A stretch of 63,305 nucleotides of DNA, filler included. It is 9 parts of 9 records of this genome, joined end to end, with 100 filler letters (N's around TTAATTAATTAA, not from the genome) between each part and the next. Parts side by side here need not be neighbours in the genome. Positions count along the whole stretch, not along the records: positions 59,620 to 63,305 come from SRR7504441_9240; 8 more parts are not named here. One strand, written 5' to 3'. Below are positions 59,620 through 63,305 of this stretch, piece after piece. The notes under the pieces were generated by a model. That model ran no database searches. It worked only from the letters and a program-made list of their open reading frames with translations, and was not told the DNA's origin. How positions within the stretch are numbered: the first letter of the stretch is position 1; the number at the start of each line of letters is the position of its first letter. The translations under genes were made by a program, and so were the position numbers.

Positions 59620-60454
59620 CGGTCTCACAGGCGATGCAAGCCCGAGAGCAGCACCCGAACGAGCGCCAGACGATCAACAAGGCGCTCATGGAGATCCTCG
59701 AGACGTGCGAGCAGGTGAACCTCGCCTCCGCCCCCGGCCAAGCCGGCCGGCAGCACAAGAAGCTGGTGGAGGGCACCCCCGCCTACGAGGATGGTTCGGG
59801 CACCGTGCTGGCCGCCGCGGGGAAGTTCTTCGACGAGGCGCTAGCGGCCGACATGGCCGGCAGGGGGGACCGGTGGGTGTGCTGACGGGGCTGGGGTGCG
59901 AGCCGGCGGGGTAGCGAGGCGGCCAAGAACTACATGCAGTCGATGGTGCTGTTCGAAGTGACTCAGCAGTTCGAGAACCCGATGCCACCTGCAGTGGCCG
60001 ATAAGCACCAGCTGGCCAAGCAACGGGCCCAAGCCATCCGCCAGGCCGTAGCGGTACCCCCCCCTCCCGCCGCTGCACGGTCTCACGGGGTCAACGCAGG
60101 CTGGACAGCAGCACGCTCCAGCCCTAGCCCCAGAGCAGGCGCCAAGCCCCGCAGAGCCGAGCCCGAGCGCTGAGGACGACAGCGGCAAGCCTCGCCCAGT
60201 GTCGGTAGCCCGGGAGCCAGTGCCACCCTCGATGCCCTGCTGGGAGCCGATCGGGTGCCTGCCCGCTCAGACGGCTGTAATTACTTAGGAGGGCCAGACC
60301 GCTCCAGACTCGCGAGACAGTGCTGGACGAGGCCAGGCGGCAGTCGCTGTATGCTAGCAACGCGCTTCAGTTCTCTGATGTGCCGACTGCGCTTCGGTGC
60401 ACCCAGCAGGCCGTGGCACTACTCGCAACGCTTGACAAGAAACAGCCAGCTTGA
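59620..60454 (+). CDS. VTA1: Vta1/LIP5 (ESCRT Vps4 cofactor); spliced, 5' truncated
   Basis: MIT-like EAAKNYMQSMVLFEVTQQF...KHQLAKQRAQAI and C-terminal VSL-like ARRQSLYASNALQFSDVPTALRCTQQAVALL. Confidence 0.72.
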
Positions 60455-60559
60455 CTCTCGTCCGAGAGCTACTTCAAGCGACGAATATAGATCACAGTCG
60501 GGCTTCAACTCATACGATTTTGTAATGAATCTGAACTTTAACACAGTGCTCATTGTAAA

Positions 60560-60636
60560 CATCGTAGCTTTACATCGAGCGTTGTGGCAAGCCGTGTCGG
60601 CCTAATTCCCGCAACGCCGTCATCTCACTACTCATG
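60560..60636 (-). promoter_or_regulatory. SECIS element (type II) in the 3' UTR of the selenoprotein U-like gene
   Basis: Minus strand reads gtagtgag-ATGAc-ggcgttgcggg-AA-tt-aggccg-aca-cggctt-g-ccacaacgct-cGAt-gtaaagctac. This gives an AUGA/GA core, a helix II of about 10 bp, unpaired AA, an apical mini-stem and helix I (gtagt/gctac). Confidence 0.88.
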
Positions 60637-60646
60637 CCTACCAGCA

Positions 60647-61307
60647 CTAGTAACGGGATCGAGTGTCAGACCCGATCGCCGCGATCGCCGCCCGGATCTC
60701 GTCCATCTTTTCAGCTGGCCGGCCTACTCACGCCCGGGCTTGGGGGGCACGCACCTGAAGCGTTGTCACCCCAGTTCATTTCCTGGTGCTCAAACAGAAT
60801 TCCTTGGTTCGGGTCCACCACCCACAACCCGCCCAGCGTCAGGCCCTCCCCCTTCATGTCGCCCGCAATCCCTTGACTGTCGGCCCTCCGGCTCGCCTTT
60901 GCCACTGTGCCTCCGAAGATATAAGAGGCGAGCCCGCTCACCAGCGACCGGCCAGCGCTGACCAGTGGGAAGACCGTCGCCTTGCCATGATCAATGTAGA
61001 GCTCACCTACCGCCGGCTCCCACCGAGCCCCGCCAGCGCAGCCACCCGACCAGTAGTCCTTGGTGAACTGCTCGTGTCCGAGCTCCTCGCCGGCGATCGC
61101 CACCAGCCGAACAGGCGGGTCACGTTGGCTCAGCTCCGGCTGCAGGGAAGACAGGCTAAGCGCTTCTTCCCGGCAGAGCTTTCAGCCCATCCGGCGGACC
61201 AGGAAGACGACCGCGCCACCGGGCGACCAGAGCGACGGCAGGGGAACGGCGTTGCCGCTCAGCGTTTGCACACTCATGCTGGCCAGTCGCGCCAGCTTGG
61301 ACTCCAT
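60647..61307 (-). CDS. Selenoprotein U-like (PRXL2/FAM213, AhpC/TSA-like) protein with in-frame UGA = Sec, 193 aa
   Basis: VVFLVRRMG-TGA-KLCREEA (TGA at 61182-61184) aligns with the family motif VRRPGC/UxxCREEA. Downstream GDMKGEGLTLGGLWVV and FEHQEMNWGD. Introns 61007-61045 and 60715-60754; SECIS just after the TAG. Confidence 0.9.
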
Positions 61308-61417
61308 TGGGCAAGTTCGCTCGGCGCCGAGGAGGACGGTGGCGAGCAAGGCCACACTCAGGACAGCGAGCTTGGTCGCCGTGGTGGTCCAACGAGTAAC
61401 GGACCCGAGCTGCGGAG

Positions 61418-62240
61418 ATGGATCGAGTTGCGGCCCGGTGGCAGCGCGTAGTGCCTGCCAGGTGCGGCCGGCTGGGCGCGGGCGGGAAGGCGGGCAGCGG
61501 CGACGTGCCCCCAGTACTGGCCGCGACGCTCACAGTGCTCAATCTGCTGTTCAGCGGGTGCCCAGGCCCGGCCCGGCAGGCTCACCAGTGGCAGGACCGT
61601 CAGCCCTGCCGAGGCCTGCCAAGCGCTCGGGTTGGACCTGTCGGGGTCGCACAACGTCTCGGGCAACCAGCTGCTCATGCGGCTGTTCAACCGGCTTTGC
61701 GCAGCGCTCGACCTGCCCGGCCAGGTGGCGGCGCCCCTGGCCCAGCTGACCGCGGGGTCAGGCCTCGTATCTATATAAGCGGTGCCGAGCGGTGCGGGCG
61801 GCGGCAGGACTGGGCGGCAGGTGCGGTCTGGCGGCGATGTCTCCGGTCGCGCTGGATGAGCTCGCAGGGCGGCTGCGGGAAGGTGGGGCGGGCGGCCGCG
61901 CGCGGTGAGCTGTGGCGGCCAGTGGAAGCGGACGACCAGTGCATGTGCGTGCTCAATCGGGGGCCGCAGTGCGGGGGGCTGGCGGTGCTGCTCGGGCTGG
62001 TTGAGCAGTCAGGCGAGAGGCCTGTTCTATGAGGCGCGGAGCAGGGCTGCAGGTGAGAACTGGCTGGTGCTGGCTCCTTGCGGCCCAGAGGGGCCGACCA
62101 TGGAGAGCATGACTCTCCGGTCGGTGATGGAGCTGCTGGCGCCGCCGAGGTGTGCGGGCTGGAGGTCATGGCAGGAGGCTGGGGCAGGAGGTCCAGTGAG
62201 CCGGGGGATAGCGTCAACACGGCGTGCTTTATGCTTTTTG
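61418..62240 (+). CDS. Hypothetical intron-rich gene; boundaries approximate
   Basis: ATG 61418, GC-rich coding-like blocks separated by short GT...AG segments, ending before an AT-rich spacer. Not fully resolved. Confidence 0.35.
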
Positions 62241-62457
62241 AGAGGCATCCTCAAATTAAATGACCGATTTATTTGGCCAGCAATGGCGTTGTTCCATCAA
62301 TTTAGTGAAAACACAAATATGACCTACACGTAAGTAGACTTGGCTTGATCAACTCGGACACAATCATGAGCAACTCCACTCACTCACAAACAAACAATCA
62401 TAATTTATTTACTTTTGAGTATCGAATATGGTATTGCTAACAATGTTACATTGGCGA

Positions 62458-63305
62458 CTAAGTGGCGGCGACGAGCTCGGAGCTCCTTCTCGAGCGCGCG
62501 GCTGAGCAGCAAGCGAATCGGCGATTCTCCACCGTACTGCGGCAGAGCACAGCCGGCTGTTTCGGTGGCAGCTGCGCCGCTTGGTATTCTTTACGTGTGT
62601 ATTCTTGATCTGACACACACACGATGGTCGTGGCCCGGACTGCCTGGACGGTGCTTGTGGCCGCGGCGGCGTAGAGACGGCCGAACCACTTGCCCGGGCC
62701 CATTGTGCCGAGCAGCCCCTGTCGGCTGGTGACCTCGACCCTACCTGGCCACAAGACTCAGTGGCGTCAGGCCTGGCCGTCGCACCAGTCAGGATGACAG
62801 CGAGGTAGGGCCACTCCGCGCCGCAGGTAACAATCTGCTCGCCAGGCTCGTAACGCCGCAGCTGGCTCGTTTGCACAATCCGGTCGATGCGGGTGGATGG
62901 GAGCCGGGAGGTGAGCTGGCCGAACCTTGGGGCCTGCCTGACCGCCTCTTCGAGCGACGCCAGCTGCAGGTGCCAGTAGAGCTCCGGCGGGGCTTCGCTC
63001 TCAAACACAGCCGCCTCCAGCACCAGGCACTCCACTCGGCTGGTCACCGCAGATATCGACCTGGTGCTCGGGCCGGCACTCACCAGGGCCTCCCGGCAGA
63101 CAGTGCTGCCGGGCCCAAACCGGTTCGGGCAGGCCTGGATCTGATGCCACTTTGGTTCGTGCGGCCCGCTAAACACGGCCAGCTGTCCGGACACCACGAT
63201 GTACATGCTGTCGAGTCTAGACTGTTCCGGGGAGACGATGGTCTGACCGCGCTCGAAGCTGGCGGCCCGGAGCAGCGGGGCCAGCTGGGCGGCCAGCGGA
63301 GGACT
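62458..63305 (-). CDS. Protein with tandem degenerate cyclic-nucleotide-binding domains, 5' truncated
   Basis: FERGQTIV...SMYIVVSGQLAV...FGPG and YEPGEQIV...LAVILTG|RVEV...MGPGKWFG. One GT-AG intron near 62750-62787. Confidence 0.7.

Noticed and set aside
61182-61184. Genome-wide UGA reassignment
   Set aside because: TGA is the normal stop of TOR, PABP, PGM and others. Only this TGA sits at a redox Cys position and has a SECIS.

Overview
This is eukaryotic, not prokaryotic, DNA. It consists of nine short contigs of a gene-dense protist genome joined by artificial 100-bp spacers (N44-TTAATTAATTAA-N44). Genes are GC-rich, mostly alternate in orientation, and carry many tiny spliceosomal introns (about 34-54 nt) with weak donors, including several GC-AG introns. 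Recognisable genes: an ArfGAP with DPF motifs, a divergent myosin, a GPCR-PIP kinase fusion, an ABCB half-transporter, an ERD2-like protein, ankyrin proteins, a membrane TIR-like protein, an Asp/Glu-racemase fusion, phosphoglucomutase, a PA+MRH lectin-like protein, an OPA-family MFS transporter, PABP, TOR, a giant secreted coiled-coil protein, DnaJ, a D-cysteine desulfhydrase-like enzyme, an RWDD2-like protein, a GH36 alpha-galactosidase, a WD40-PH-EF-hand protein, a beta-helix protein, Vta1 and a cNMP-domain protein. Four signals stand out. (1) A selenoprotein U-like gene missed by the ORF track, with an in-frame UGA in a UxxC motif and a well-formed type II SECIS. (2) A tail-anchored two-cysteine racemase whose N-terminus resembles fungal Avt3/Avt4 vacuolar amino-acid transporters, head-to-head with a TM-TIR gene. 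(3) A TOR with a remodelled FRB domain, predicted rapamycin-insensitive. (4) Degenerate and GC donor splicing. All family calls are by motif recognition, and all gene models were spliced by hand; no searches were run. The taxon cannot be assigned from this window.
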